Assembly (NCBI GenBank): GCA_963736855.1
Contig: CAVTQK010000024.1
Coordinates: forward strand, 64,001-128,000
Origin: an uncultured delta proteobacterium
GTDB lineage: Bacteria; Desulfobacterota; Desulfobacteria; Desulfobacterales; UBA2156
Length of the DNA stretch: 64,000 nucleotides
Reading direction: 5' to 3'
Part shown: one piece after another, positions 1-10,284 of the stretch
How positions within the stretch are numbered: position 1 is the first letter of the stretch
Layout: the number at the start of each line of letters is the position of its first letter
Made by a program: the position numbers and the translations under genes
Notes under the pieces: generated by a model
Database searches by the model: none
What the model saw: only the letters and a program-made list of their open reading frames with translations
Told to the model about the DNA's origin: nothing

Positions 1-88
1 AGTTCACAACTCAGAGACGGGGAGTGGACCAGTTTTTCCTGGTGGCGCTGGGAGTGGATGCCCTCAAAATCGATTCGATAGGGGATGG

Positions 89-646
89 ATGTTGACGAAG
101 AAACACCTTGATACCGATAGATATATGAAAGACGGAACGGAACTCGTTGTTGACGTTCATGACACTACCTTCCGCACCGATGTCATGCCCCAAGATCCCG
201 AGCACATCCGGCAGTTGGTAGCCGTCACCGATTTTTTTTCGGTAGAAGAAATTAAAGTCGCCGGCGAACTTGCTGAAGAACACCTCAAAACCGGGCCTCA
301 AAGCGGCTACTTCTTTCTTTTTGCCGAACAATACGGCCGACTGGCGGGATACGCCTGCTACGGCCCCGTCCCCATGACCGAGTCGAGCTTCGATCTCTAT
401 TGGATTGCGATCCATCCCGATCTTCAAAGGCGGGGTCTCGGCCGCCGCTTGCTGGTGGAATGTGAAAAAAGGATTCGCAAAACCGGCGGCACCCGGATCT
501 ATGTGGAAACCTCCAGCCGCGTCCAATACGCCAGCACTCACGCTTTTTACGAAGATATGGGTTACCAAAAAGAAGCGGTGTTGGCCGATTTTTACCGACC
601 GGGAGACAGCAAGATACAATATTGCAAAAGATTGGAAAAATCATGA
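89..646 (+). CDS. GNAT family N-acetyltransferase (true start may be ATG 125)
   Basis: Acetyl-CoA motif [20 protein letters not shown] and C-terminal AFYEDMGY; stop overlaps next start (ATGA at 643-646). Confidence 0.85.
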   Translation: MLTKKHLDTDRYMKDGTELVVDVHDTTFRTDVMPQDPEHIRQLVAVTDFFSVEEIKVAGELAEEHLKTGPQSGYFFLFAEQYGRLAGYACYGPVPMTESSFDLYWIAIHPDLQRRGLGRRLLVECEKRIRKTGGTRIYVETSSRVQYASTHAFYEDMGYQKEAVLADFYRPGDSKIQYCKRLEKS

Positions 647-2256
647 AAAAAGCAAATATCGCAGTAGTCGGTTCAGGGTATTGGGGCAAGCATTTGGTCC
701 GGAACTATCACCACCTCGGTGCACTTCGCCTGATTTGCGATAAAAACGAGGCGCTTCTTTCGGAATATCAAAAAAAATATTCAGAGATCGATCGTTGCAT
801 TGCTTTCAACGATGTTCTGAAGCATAAGCACATCGATGGTGTTGTCATTGCAACGCCTGCTGAAACTCATTTTTCGCTTGCCCGGGAAACATTGCTTGCG
901 GGAAAGCATGTCTTTGTGGAAAAACCGCTTGTGCTGCATGAAAAGGAGGCCGTAGAACTCATTTCAATCGCAAAATCCAAATCCCTTGTTCTCATGGTGG
1001 GCCATTTATTGCAATATCACCCCATCTTCACCAAATTAAAGGAATTGGCCGGATCCGGAGAACTTGGACGGATCAATTATATTTATTCGCATCGCCTCAA
1101 CTTGGGCAAGATTCGAAGAGAAGAAAATATTTTATGGTCTTTCGCACCTCATGATATTTCCATGATCCTTTCTTTGGCAGGAGAAGAACCTGAGATCGTC
1201 ATGGCTACGGGTGGAAATTACCTACATCAAAGGATAGCCGACGTTACTACCACGCATCTAAGTTTTCCTTCCGGGCTTCGTGCTCACATTTTTGTTTCGT
1301 GGCTCCATCCATTCAAGGAACAAAAGTTGGTGATTGTCGGGGATCGAAAAATGGCGGTGTTCGACGATACCAAAACTTGGACGGAAAAACTCCTTTTATT
1401 CCCCCATGAAATCCAATGGCGTGAAAGCCTCCCCGTTCCCATAAAAGCGGAACCTGAGCGAGTTAATGTCCCGGAAGAAGAACCCCTTAGAAGAGAATGC
1501 CAACACTTTTTATCCTGCATTTTAAACAAAACACAGCCGATAACCGACGGTGCAGAAGGCTTGCAGGTCCTGAGAATATTGAATGCAGCACAGCATTCGC
1601 TCAATAATAATTCAGAGACTGTTCGGATCCAAAAATGGGCCAAATCACTTAATAATAATTATTCAACTGGAAACATAGCGAACCAACAGGGTGAGAAAGC
1701 GGATTATTTTGTCCATGAGACTTCTATAATAGACAAAGGGTGCGAGATCGGTTCCGGAACAAAGATTTGGCATTTTTCACACATATTGTCCGGCTCAAAA
1801 ATAGGGAAAAACTGCAATATTGGTCAAAATGTGGTCATAGGCCCCGATGTTACCATCGGTAATGGTTGTAAAATCCAAAACAATGTTTCGGTGTTTAAAG
1901 GCGTGACCTTGGAAGACCATGTATTTTGTGGACCCTCAATGGTTTTCACAAACGTCTATAATCCGCGGGCGCATATTTCTCGCATGAACCAAATTCGTAA
2001 AACTTTAGTCAAAAAAGGGGCAACAATCGGAGCCAATGCCACCATTGTTTGCGGAGTGACCATTGGAGAGTATGCCTTCATTGGTGCCGGATCACTGGTG
2101 AACAAAGAGGTGCCGAATCATGCTCTTGTTGTGGGTGTTCCAGCTCGGCAGATAAGCTGGGTATGTGGATGTGGAGAAAAACTTAATAAAGATTTAGTTT
2201 GTGAGATATGCGGAGACAGATACTTGAAAAGTGGTAATGGTCTGAATGCGGTATAG
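643..2256 (+). CDS. Fused Gfo/Idh/MocA oxidoreductase (WbpB-like) and hexapeptide N-acetyltransferase (WbpD-like)
   Basis: N-term [33 protein letters not shown]-term left-handed beta-helix [26 protein letters not shown]...[14 protein letters not shown]; start set at ATG 643. Confidence 0.88.
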   Translation: MKKANIAVVGSGYWGKHLVRNYHHLGALRLICDKNEALLSEYQKKYSEIDRCIAFNDVLKHKHIDGVVIATPAETHFSLARETLLAGKHVFVEKPLVLHEKEAVELISIAKSKSLVLMVGHLLQYHPIFTKLKELAGSGELGRINYIYSHRLNLGKIRREENILWSFAPHDISMILSLAGEEPEIVMATGGNYLHQRIADVTTTHLSFPSGLRAHIFVSWLHPFKEQKLVIVGDRKMAVFDDTKTWTEKLLLFPHEIQWRESLPVPIKAEPERVNVPEEEPLRRECQHFLSCILNKTQPITDGAEGLQVLRILNAAQHSLNNNSETVRIQKWAKSLNNNYSTGNIANQQGEKADYFVHETSIIDKGCEIGSGTKIWHFSHILSGSKIGKNCNIGQNVVIGPDVTIGNGCKIQNNVSVFKGVTLEDHVFCGPSMVFTNVYNPRAHISRMNQIRKTLVKKGATIGANATIVCGVTIGEYAFIGAGSLVNKEVPNHALVVGVPARQISWVCGCGEKLNKDLVCEICGDRYLKSGNGLNAV

Positions 2257-2265
2257 TATTAAGAT

Positions 2266-2450
2266 GTATTCGGTTTATTGTTTGATATGGCCACGCTGAT
2301 TCTTTTTATCAGGCTGTTTATATATGGGTTTCCCAGGGGCATATTCCGCCTTTAAATGCTCTTGAGGCGATTTTTTCGTTCATTACCGCCATACAGTTTA
2401 CGCTGTTCGCGATGTGGTTTGATATGGAAATCAACAAGGAGCTTAAATGA
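2266..2450 (+). pseudogene. 3' remnant (about 60 codons) of a GT2 glycosyltransferase paralogous to 7850-8800
   Basis: Translates (one 1-nt frameshift near 2318) as ...LFIRLF/YIWVSQGHIPPLNALEAIFSFITAIQFTLFAMWFDMEINKELK*, aligning to LFRLFYIWGITGVIPKTNAMALIFTIVSGLQALFFGMWFDMEYNKNLKA* of the intact GT2. Confidence 0.75.
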
Positions 2451-2493
2451 ATCAGACTTGCTGCAACAGTTTGCATTTTCAGGGCGATTAACT

Positions 2494-3690
2494 ATGTGGG
2501 TCTGTATGATTACCACATCATATCCGAGATGGCCGGGAGACCATGCCGGTCATTTTGTTTTTGAGCTGGCCAGAAGACTGGCAGGAGATTTTGAGGTTTC
2601 TGTGCTTGTGCCGAATTATCCCGGCGCTAAAGCTGACGAAATCGTCGATGGGATAAAGGTTCACCGGTTCAGATATTTTTTCAGGAAAGCGGAAAAACTT
2701 GCGGGAGAGGGCGGGATTGTGCCTGCACTGAAGAGCAACAAATTATATTACCTCCTGATACCATTTTTTTTGCTGGCTTATTTCTTTGCGTTGAGCAGGC
2801 AAATCAAAAAAGAGCGGCCTGACGTAATCTATGCTCACTGGATAATTCCGTCGGGTTTTATTGCAGCTTTAATAAAGAAAAAATATGGCGTAAAATTTCT
2901 GGTAACGGCTCACGGCGGAGATGTCTTTGGCCTGCAGGGCAGATTCACAACAGCTATCAAGAGATGGACACTTAAGTGTGCAGACAGGATAGCGGTTGTC
3001 AGCAGCGCTATGAAAAAAGAAATTTTGACAAAGATAGCTCCTGGCCTTGAAATCGAAATAATATCGATGGGTGTTGATAGCGAGCATTTCAGTTCTGTAA
3101 AAAAGGATAGTCTAATAAAAACCAAATACGCCATAGAAGGTCCTTTTCTGCTATTTGTTGGCAGATTAACTGAGAAGAAGGGTGTCCGGTTTCTGATAGA
3201 GGCGATGCCGACGGTGATAAAGGAATTTCCAAAGGCCATATTGCTGATTGTTGGCAGCGGTGCTTTGGAACAGGAATTGAAATCTCTTAGCCGAAAACTT
3301 GGTGTAGAGGGCAATATAATCTTTGCCGGTCAGATAGCAAACTCTGATTTACCGAAATATTACGCTACGGCTGATATTGTAATCGCACCATCAGTTATTG
3401 CAGAAGGTGGAGACAGGGAGGGGCTGCCTGTCGCCTTGATGGAGGCAATGTCCTGCGGTGCGGTTACAGTTGCTACTGACCTCGAAGGTAACAGGGATTT
3501 GATATTAAACGGCCAAACAGGTTTTTTGATTAAACAGAAAAGCCCTGCAGAGATTTCTAAAACGGTCGTCGAATTGCTGAAAAATGATTATTTAGTGCCG
3601 CAAATAAGAAAGCAAGCTAGGGAAAAAATAATTTCGGCGTTTGACTGGAAAGTAATCTCGGACAAATATAAGAAGATACTGAGTAGTTAA
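2494..3690 (+). CDS. Glycosyltransferase family 4 (GT-B)
   Basis: MITTSYPRW, AHWIIPSG, TAHGGD, FVGRLTEKKG, EGLPVALMEAMSCG; start moved to ATG 2494 because the upstream extension overlaps the GT2 remnant. Confidence 0.9.
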   Translation: MWVCMITTSYPRWPGDHAGHFVFELARRLAGDFEVSVLVPNYPGAKADEIVDGIKVHRFRYFFRKAEKLAGEGGIVPALKSNKLYYLLIPFFLLAYFFALSRQIKKERPDVIYAHWIIPSGFIAALIKKKYGVKFLVTAHGGDVFGLQGRFTTAIKRWTLKCADRIAVVSSAMKKEILTKIAPGLEIEIISMGVDSEHFSSVKKDSLIKTKYAIEGPFLLFVGRLTEKKGVRFLIEAMPTVIKEFPKAILLIVGSGALEQELKSLSRKLGVEGNIIFAGQIANSDLPKYYATADIVIAPSVIAEGGDREGLPVALMEAMSCGAVTVATDLEGNRDLILNGQTGFLIKQKSPAEISKTVVELLKNDYLVPQIRKQAREKIISAFDWKVISDKYKKILSS

Positions 3691-3738
3691 TGTCGTATTA
3701 ATGATTTAGGCAAATACATCGCAGGACTATGATATCGG

Positions 3739-4458
3739 ATGAGCGGCTTGTTACGGAAAAACAGAAATAGAATCAACGAAGAGCTTAACACGTGCCACAA
3801 GCGAAGGTTCTTTACACCCCTTACCTACGGCGCATATAGCGTAACGGTACCTGCTATTATAAATTATGCTGGCGGCAAGTTACTCGATATAGGTTGCGGA
3901 GATATGCCATATAAAGATGTCATTATGAGCAAGGTCAGCTGCTATGATACTTTTGATGTAGAAAAGCGCACCGAGGGTGTTACGTTCATAGGGGATATTC
4001 AAAATATGGCTATGATAAGTGACGGCAGTTATGACAGCGCCGTCTGCTTTGAGGTTTTAGAGCATATACAGCATCCGGCGAAGGCGCTTTCTGAGATTTT
4101 CAGGGTATTAAAACCCGGAGCACATCTTATACTTTCGATACCTCACTTAAGCCGATTGCATGAGGAGCCGCATGATTATTTTAGATACACAAAATATGGT
4201 ATCAGATTGCTGCTTGAGAATGCGGGTTTTAAGGTTATCGAGATAAATGTGCGGGGCGGTATTTTTAGTTTTTTAGGGCATCAATTCTCGACTCTTTTTG
4301 TTTGTTTGTTCTGGCATATACCTGTGATTAAACACATTGTCTTTTTTATTAACAAATGGCTTTGCGTAAGGTTTTGCCATTTTATTGACAAGACATTTGA
4401 TAAAAATCATATTTTGGCCTGTGGATATACCTGCGTTGCACAAAAACCCGATAAGTAG
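3739..4458 (+). CDS. Class I SAM-dependent methyltransferase
   Basis: LLDIGCG, CFEVLEHI, RVLKPG, HEEPHDYFRYT. Confidence 0.88.
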   Translation: MSGLLRKNRNRINEELNTCHKRRFFTPLTYGAYSVTVPAIINYAGGKLLDIGCGDMPYKDVIMSKVSCYDTFDVEKRTEGVTFIGDIQNMAMISDGSYDSAVCFEVLEHIQHPAKALSEIFRVLKPGAHLILSIPHLSRLHEEPHDYFRYTKYGIRLLLENAGFKVIEINVRGGIFSFLGHQFSTLFVCLFWHIPVIKHIVFFINKWLCVRFCHFIDKTFDKNHILACGYTCVAQKPDK

Positions 4459-4490
4459 AGATATTGGATAGTTTTAAAAAGGAAATTTAA

Positions 4491-5195
4491 GTGGTAAACA
4501 AAGCCTTAAAGGCAAGCGGCAATACATCGCAGGACTATGATAAATACTTTGAATCTATCCAGAAGTGTGGCCGGCACTATGTCAGATCCGTTTATAGAGC
4601 AGAAAAAGCCATTGAACTATTGCGGGCAAACAGCGGGTGTGCACTTTCGGTTGGGGTAGGAAGTCTCGGAGAAGCCAAAAAACTTAAAGAGGCAGGTTTT
4701 GAAGTGACTATTTGTGATATTTCGCCTCTTGCGGTGCAATTTGCAAAGAAAGAAAATTTTATGGTATTCCAATGCGACATTGCGAAAAATTCGCCTGACG
4801 GCAAATATGATTTTATTTTTGCCCTCGAAGTGCTGGAACATCTTGTTAACCCATTGGCTGCAATCAGGAACCTCGTTGCGGCGTTAAAAGATTCCGGAAC
4901 AATGGTTATCTCGTTGCCTAACGAATTTCACATTTGGGCGAGACTAATGATGCTGATAGGACGGCCACCATTTGGGGGCCATGACTGGCATCATTTAAGA
5001 TTTTTTAACCGTAAATTAGGCGAAAAGCTATTTGCTGAAGCAGGCTTGAATATATTGAGAAAAACATATTGTCCTTTGATGCCTTTACAGTGGAGTTGCC
5101 ATTGTGGTGAATTACTGCAATCTATTTGGCCGAGCTTATTTTCTCTTACTACTATTTGGACGCTTGAGCCTAAGCAAAATATATCAAAAAAGTGA
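4491..5195 (+). CDS. Class I SAM-dependent methyltransferase
   Basis: ALSVGVG, CDIS, YDFIFALEVLEHL, ISLPN. Confidence 0.82.
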   Translation: MVNKALKASGNTSQDYDKYFESIQKCGRHYVRSVYRAEKAIELLRANSGCALSVGVGSLGEAKKLKEAGFEVTICDISPLAVQFAKKENFMVFQCDIAKNSPDGKYDFIFALEVLEHLVNPLAAIRNLVAALKDSGTMVISLPNEFHIWARLMMLIGRPPFGGHDWHHLRFFNRKLGEKLFAEAGLNILRKTYCPLMPLQWSCHCGELLQSIWPSLFSLTTIWTLEPKQNISKK

Positions 5196-5225
5196 TAATC
5201 GTCTATCGAATTCCTGTGGCGGATT

Positions 5226-6722
5226 ATGTCTGATAATCAGCACAACAAGAAGATAGTTTTGGTCCGGAGCGGATACAAGGGGGGGTATGTCCATATACCT
5301 TTGGGCATTCTTTATTTGGCCGAAGCCCTTATTAAAAATGGATATGAGCCGCGGCTAATAGACCTGCGAATTCAGGAATTAGTTCCGGAGGATTTGGAGA
5401 ATGTTTTATATATGGGGGTCTCGCATATGACCGGTTCAATGCAGATTCCTCCCGCACTTAAGTGCGCCTCATTGGCAAAGGGAATGGGAGTGCCGGTGGT
5501 TTTCGGAGGACCGCATTCATCAATCCTTCCTGAACAAACGGCTGCTCATCCGCTTGTGGATATTGCGGTAAAAGGAGATGGCGAAGAGGTGGCTGTCGAA
5601 TTGGCTCAGTATTTCGAGGGACAAAGGGACCTTGCTTCTATAAAGTCGATTGCATACAAAGATTCTTCAGGCAAAGTAATCTTCACCGGCGACCGCAATC
5701 CTCCTCCTTTTAACCAGACGACTTTTCTTCCATACGAACTTCTTCCAATGAATAAATATTTGGCTACGAGCGCCGATTTCGACTTTCAGACGAGTCGCGG
5801 CTGCCCGCATCATTGCGCCTTCTGTGCGGAAATATCCCTGTTTGGACACTCCTGGCGTGCAAAACCTGCACAAGTCATTGTCGAAGAAGTCGAATCAGTA
5901 ATATCAAGGTATAATCCCTCCAGGATTCTCATTGTGGATTCCAACTTTTTCTGTAATAAAAAACGTGTCAGGGAGTTTTGCGAACTTGTAATCGAGCGGG
6001 GAATAAAAACCTGGTTTTTTGCGGAATGTCGTTTCGACTACTTTTCAAGATATGAAGATGAATTCCTGTATTTGTTGAAGAAAGCAGGTTTTACTGAAAT
6101 TGAGTTTGGGGGTGAATCAGGGTCAAATGTGACGCTTGCACGTATAAAGAAGGATGTATCGTCAGAGCAGATTCTGCAAAGTATAAAGAAGTGCCATGAA
6201 ACAGGATTAAAGTCATTCACTTCTTTTATGATTGGTTTTCCGGAAGAAACTGATGAACAGAGGATGGAAACTTTGGACATATATGACCAAATACGTCATT
6301 TATATCCTTCCGGTGCAAGAATAAACGGTATGTTTATCTATTCTCCATTTCCAGGAACAGAACTGTATGATAACGTAGTTGAAAGACATGGATTTGTACC
6401 GCCCAGAGACTTGGACGGCTGGGCGAAGTTTGAACTCTATGATTCTAAAAATGTAACATGGCTTGATGAACCGAAGAAGAAAGAGCTGCAAACTGTATCC
6501 ATTTTAGTTCGTTACTTCTTTACTTATAAGACAATTAGGGATTGGAGTTTTAAGGAGAAGAGAATTCGCCATCACGGCTTCATTAAGGCGGTCCTGTCCT
6601 TGGTTTGCAACGGGATTTTCTACCCTTTCGCAAAGCTTCGCTGGAAATTCAGAGTTTTCAGGTACGGAATTGAATGGAGAATCTGGCAAAAAATCTTTAG
6701 TTTGTATATGGGCCAGAAGTAG
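5226..6722 (+). CDS. B12-binding domain radical SAM protein (class B-like)
   Basis: PLGILYLA and VVFGGPH cobalamin-domain motifs; TSRGCPHHCAFC (CX3CX2C); GGESGS; FMIGFP; PFPGTELY. Confidence 0.9.
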   Translation: MSDNQHNKKIVLVRSGYKGGYVHIPLGILYLAEALIKNGYEPRLIDLRIQELVPEDLENVLYMGVSHMTGSMQIPPALKCASLAKGMGVPVVFGGPHSSILPEQTAAHPLVDIAVKGDGEEVAVELAQYFEGQRDLASIKSIAYKDSSGKVIFTGDRNPPPFNQTTFLPYELLPMNKYLATSADFDFQTSRGCPHHCAFCAEISLFGHSWRAKPAQVIVEEVESVISRYNPSRILIVDSNFFCNKKRVREFCELVIERGIKTWFFAECRFDYFSRYEDEFLYLLKKAGFTEIEFGGESGSNVTLARIKKDVSSEQILQSIKKCHETGLKSFTSFMIGFPEETDEQRMETLDIYDQIRHLYPSGARINGMFIYSPFPGTELYDNVVERHGFVPPRDLDGWAKFELYDSKNVTWLDEPKKKELQTVSILVRYFFTYKTIRDWSFKEKRIRHHGFIKAVLSLVCNGIFYPFAKLRWKFRVFRYGIEWRIWQKIFSLYMGQK

Positions 6723-6770
6723 CCGAATGTATTATAAAAGAGTTAGCGATATTTAGCAAAAAGTAAATCT

Positions 6771-7715
6771 ATGCATAAATGGTTTAAAAATATTACAGGT
6801 GTAGTAGTAATAATTTTTCTGGCGTGGTATTTGGCCAGGCACTGGGAACAGCTGAAAGAACTGTTTAAGTTAAGTCCGAAGCAGCTTTTTGTGATGTATT
6901 GCCTGTGGCTCTTAATAGCTCTAAGCGGGGCAGGTGCGGTCCGGTGTTTGCTGAGCGCCCTGAAGGTTAAGACCGGTTTTTGGGACATGGTAAGACTGCA
7001 GCACGCAGCCTTGCTGCTCAATTATGTCCCGATGAAATTCGGCACAGTTTTCCGTGCCAATTATCTGAAACGTCATTACGGACTGGCCTATACGCATTTT
7101 GCGACCTTTTTTTTGTATATCACTTTTTTAATGACCGCCGTGGCGGCAAGTGTAGCCCTGGTTGTTTTATTGAGCATCTATGGTCTGGGTGGATATGAAA
7201 ATAAGATTTTGGCTGTTGTTTTTGCGATAACAATCATAGGGTCATTATCTTTTCTGGTTGTGCCGCTTCCTGTCCCGGCTGGGCAGGGACGAGCAAGCTC
7301 CATTCTTCGGAAATTTCTTACAGGCCGAAGCCAAATATCGAAAGAAAAGAAAACGGTTTTTAGCTCGGCAGCGCTTCTGGGCGTAAATTTTTTGCTCGAT
7401 GCGGCGCGTCTCTGGATTATTTACACCAGTATGGGGGAAAGTATCAACGCGGGAGGATACCTTATACTCGGAGCTTTGAGTTTTGTTATTTTATTTGTAG
7501 GGCTGACGCCCGGTGCATTGGGAATCAGAGAGCTTGTTCTCGGTTTCTGTGCGACAGTTGTAGGATTACCGCTGGAGGTGGGCATCCTTGCGGCGATGAT
7601 AGACCGTGCAATAGCAGTTAGTTATATATTTGTTATAGGCGGTATATGTGCGATATGGCTTTGGCGCCAGTCGCCGGCGGATTTCAAAGAGCAGCGGAAC
7701 AACTGCCCGGCATAA
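6771..7715 (+). CDS. UPF0104 / lysylphosphatidylglycerol-synthase-TM-like membrane protein (putative flippase)
   Basis: About 8 hydrophobic segments; LLNYVPMKFG...RA and TPGALGIRE motifs. Confidence 0.75.
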   Translation: MHKWFKNITGVVVIIFLAWYLARHWEQLKELFKLSPKQLFVMYCLWLLIALSGAGAVRCLLSALKVKTGFWDMVRLQHAALLLNYVPMKFGTVFRANYLKRHYGLAYTHFATFFLYITFLMTAVAASVALVVLLSIYGLGGYENKILAVVFAITIIGSLSFLVVPLPVPAGQGRASSILRKFLTGRSQISKEKKTVFSSAALLGVNFLLDAARLWIIYTSMGESINAGGYLILGALSFVILFVGLTPGALGIRELVLGFCATVVGLPLEVGILAAMIDRAIAVSYIFVIGGICAIWLWRQSPADFKEQRNNCPA

Positions 7716-7849
7716 ACATCTAATAGCGGTTAATAATTGACCGGCAACCTTGCTGTTTAAGTCAAATATCATATATGGCGCCATACCTGTTTTGCAAAAA
7801 TTACCATTCTTTTATCTCGCTTAACCCGTATTCATTCAAATATTCATAA

Positions 7850-8800
7850 TCATGCTTTAAGGTTTTTATTGTATTCCATGTCAAACCACATTCCGAAAAA
7901 AAGAGCCTGCAGGCCGCTCACTATTGTGAAGATGAGCGCCATGGCGTTTGTTTTTGGGATAACGCCTGTAATACCCCATATATAGAAAAGCCTAAACAGC
8001 AGAGGTATGCTTCCAGCAAGAAGCAAAAATGACAAAATATAAAAAAATATTAAAGGGTGAAAGTCTTTGATCACATATTTGAAAACAAGCCTCCGCCAAA
8101 ATCCCTTGAATAATAGCCATGAAATTTTCGGAATGACTCTTCCAAGTCTTATGCCGGATTTCTCCCCAATGTTGTAAACGGGTCGGATATGAACATCTTT
8201 TACTTTGAAGTCGTATTGATTCAATTTGATCAGCATGTCGTTCGGCATTCCATAATAGCGGTATATCTCTTCCAGATCAAGCCGCCTTAAAGCTGTCAAA
8301 GAAATAGCGGTATATCCGCTCTGGGAATCTGCGATGTGCCAATAACCGGATGCAATTTTTGTTAATAAAGATAGGAAAGCGTTTCCTAAATATCGATAAT
8401 GTGGGATCATGCTCCATGCATCTCCGAAAAATAATCGATTTCCCTTTGAATAATCCGCGATACCCGAAACGACAGGATCGATAATGTTGTCAAAGTCCAG
8501 AGGGTCCATTTGGCCGTCACCTGCCATTACCGCCGTTACGTCGATATTGTTATCTCTCGCCCATTTGTATCCCGATGCGATAGCCCCTCCGACGCCCTGA
8601 TTATTTTCATGCTTGATCAGTTCTATACGCGAATCCTTTTGGAAATAACTTTCCACAACTTTTACGGTGCTGTCTGAACTCTTGTCGTCGACCACAATGA
8701 TAAAATCCACGTAGTCAGGCATGGTTTCGAAAACCCTGGCAATTTGGGTTTCTTCATTGTGAGCGGGGACAACGACACAAACCGATTTTTCTTTAACCAT
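7850..8800 (-). CDS. GT2 glycosyltransferase, DPM1/GtrB-like, with two C-terminal TM helices
   Basis: VVVPAHNEE, VVDDKSSD, NQGVGGA, MAGDGQM, DSQSGY; hydrophobic C-terminus. Confidence 0.88.
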   Translation of the reverse strand: MVKEKSVCVVVPAHNEETQIARVFETMPDYVDFIIVVDDKSSDSTVKVVESYFQKDSRIELIKHENNQGVGGAIASGYKWARDNNIDVTAVMAGDGQMDPLDFDNIIDPVVSGIADYSKGNRLFFGDAWSMIPHYRYLGNAFLSLLTKIASGYWHIADSQSGYTAISLTALRRLDLEEIYRYYGMPNDMLIKLNQYDFKVKDVHIRPVYNIGEKSGIRLGRVIPKISWLLFKGFWRRLVFKYVIKDFHPLIFFYILSFLLLAGSIPLLFRLFYIWGITGVIPKTNAMALIFTIVSGLQALFFGMWFDMEYNKNLKA

Positions 8801-9065
8801 TGGAATAATACCTCATGAGATAATCATATATAGCCCATAGCCGGCCTTGGAATATGACAACTTCGTATGGTTTTGGAAAAAAGCGACAAGTACTGTTTTT
8901 TCTGCTCATCCAATAATGCGCTTATCCAGTCATTAAGAAGATCGGATCTCAAGATCAATTAGCTTATACCATTTTTTTTAATTTCCATCAAAAGATTGCC
9001 GGAAAAAGGTGATACAACTGTTAATTTTTGAAAACCAGATTTTACAAATTCCGGAAGTGAAGCAC

Positions 9066-10267
9066 TCAACCCTCCAAATATTTCATGGAAACCGAGAAAA
9101 TCTTTTCCGGGGTGATCGATTTCAGACAAACATTATCCCCGTCACATGGAGAGTTCCTATGATTATAAGCGCTCAGACATGGCGAACAAGAGAGCCCTGC
9201 AAAAAGATTTTCCGCATTCGGACTTAGAGATCCGTATAAGATCGGCGTTTCAGGCCCGAAGATGGTTATGGTCGGGATAGGGCTCAGAGCGGCAATATGG
9301 ACCGGCCCGCCGTCGTTGGTTATCAGGAGGGATGCGATATGAAAAAGGGCCATCAGGTCCGTCAGGGAGCGAGTGTAACCCGTCAAATCGAAAACATTCG
9401 GGCTTTTTAAGGTCTGAATGAAGCCTTGCGCCAGATGCGAGTCGGCCGATAAGCCTATTATCCCAATATTAGATCCGGCTTTAAGGAGTTTTCGGATCAG
9501 TATGACATAATAACCAAACGGCCAAGCCCGGATGGATAATTGTCCACCGCCCGGATAAATCAAGGTCAGCTTTTTGGTAGAAATTTTAGGAAAATCGACG
9601 GCAAGTTTTTTTTGATATTCGTCCTTTTCCCGTTTTCCCATGCGCACATGTGGCAGGACTAATTGTTCGTCAGCGGGTTCCTTTTTTACCAATGGAAAGG
9701 AATCGGATTCAATGGCCTCGACCATATTGATGAATTGCCTGGAAATGTGAATGTAAGGATTGTACAAAACCGGCCGGTTGATAAAATTGCCTCGATAGAG
9801 CCCTTCCTGAGTATGGGGGTAAAATCCTACCATGATGGGTGCACCCGACAAAAAAGCGAAAATGCTGCTGATTCTGGAAAAAAGCTCACAGTCGATGACA
9901 ATATCCATCCGACGCTGCCGAATATCCGATAAGAGCAGACAGGCTGTCTTTGACCAAGGAAATAAAGGAATGGCTTCTTATGGGGAAAGATATTTTCATC
10001 GGGGACGGCTTCTAAAAGTTTCAGCGCTTCCGCGTTTTGGGCAAAGACCAGGTAATGAATCGTTGCGTTTGGATATTTCGATTCCAAGCGTTTCAACATG
10101 GGATAAGAAAGGATCAGGCTTCCAAGTTCGGAAAGTAAAATGATCAATATTCGGCGGATCTGAGGGGCTTTAAACTGATCCGGCTTTTTAAGATTGATTA
10201 AAGAAAAAAGACGGCAGATCAAGACCCCTGCCCATCTGTCGATTTTTCGCTGTGTTGCGATCTTCAT
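9066..10267 (-). pseudogene. GT9 (heptosyltransferase-like) glycosyltransferase split by two +1 frameshifts (possibly assembly errors)
   Basis: ORFs 9827-10267 (ILLSELGS) and 9066-9908 (TNDGGPVHIA, IFGPETP, CSPC) join into one frame if one base is removed from the run at 9982-9985 and one at 9926-9927. Confidence 0.78.
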
Positions 10268-10284
10268 TTTAATGCAGGTCCTTA

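Noticed and set aside
1..95. Short + strand frame FFLVALGVDALKIDSIG* faintly resembling a histone-deacetylase-family motif
   Set aside because: Only about 30 codons at the window edge; cannot be supported
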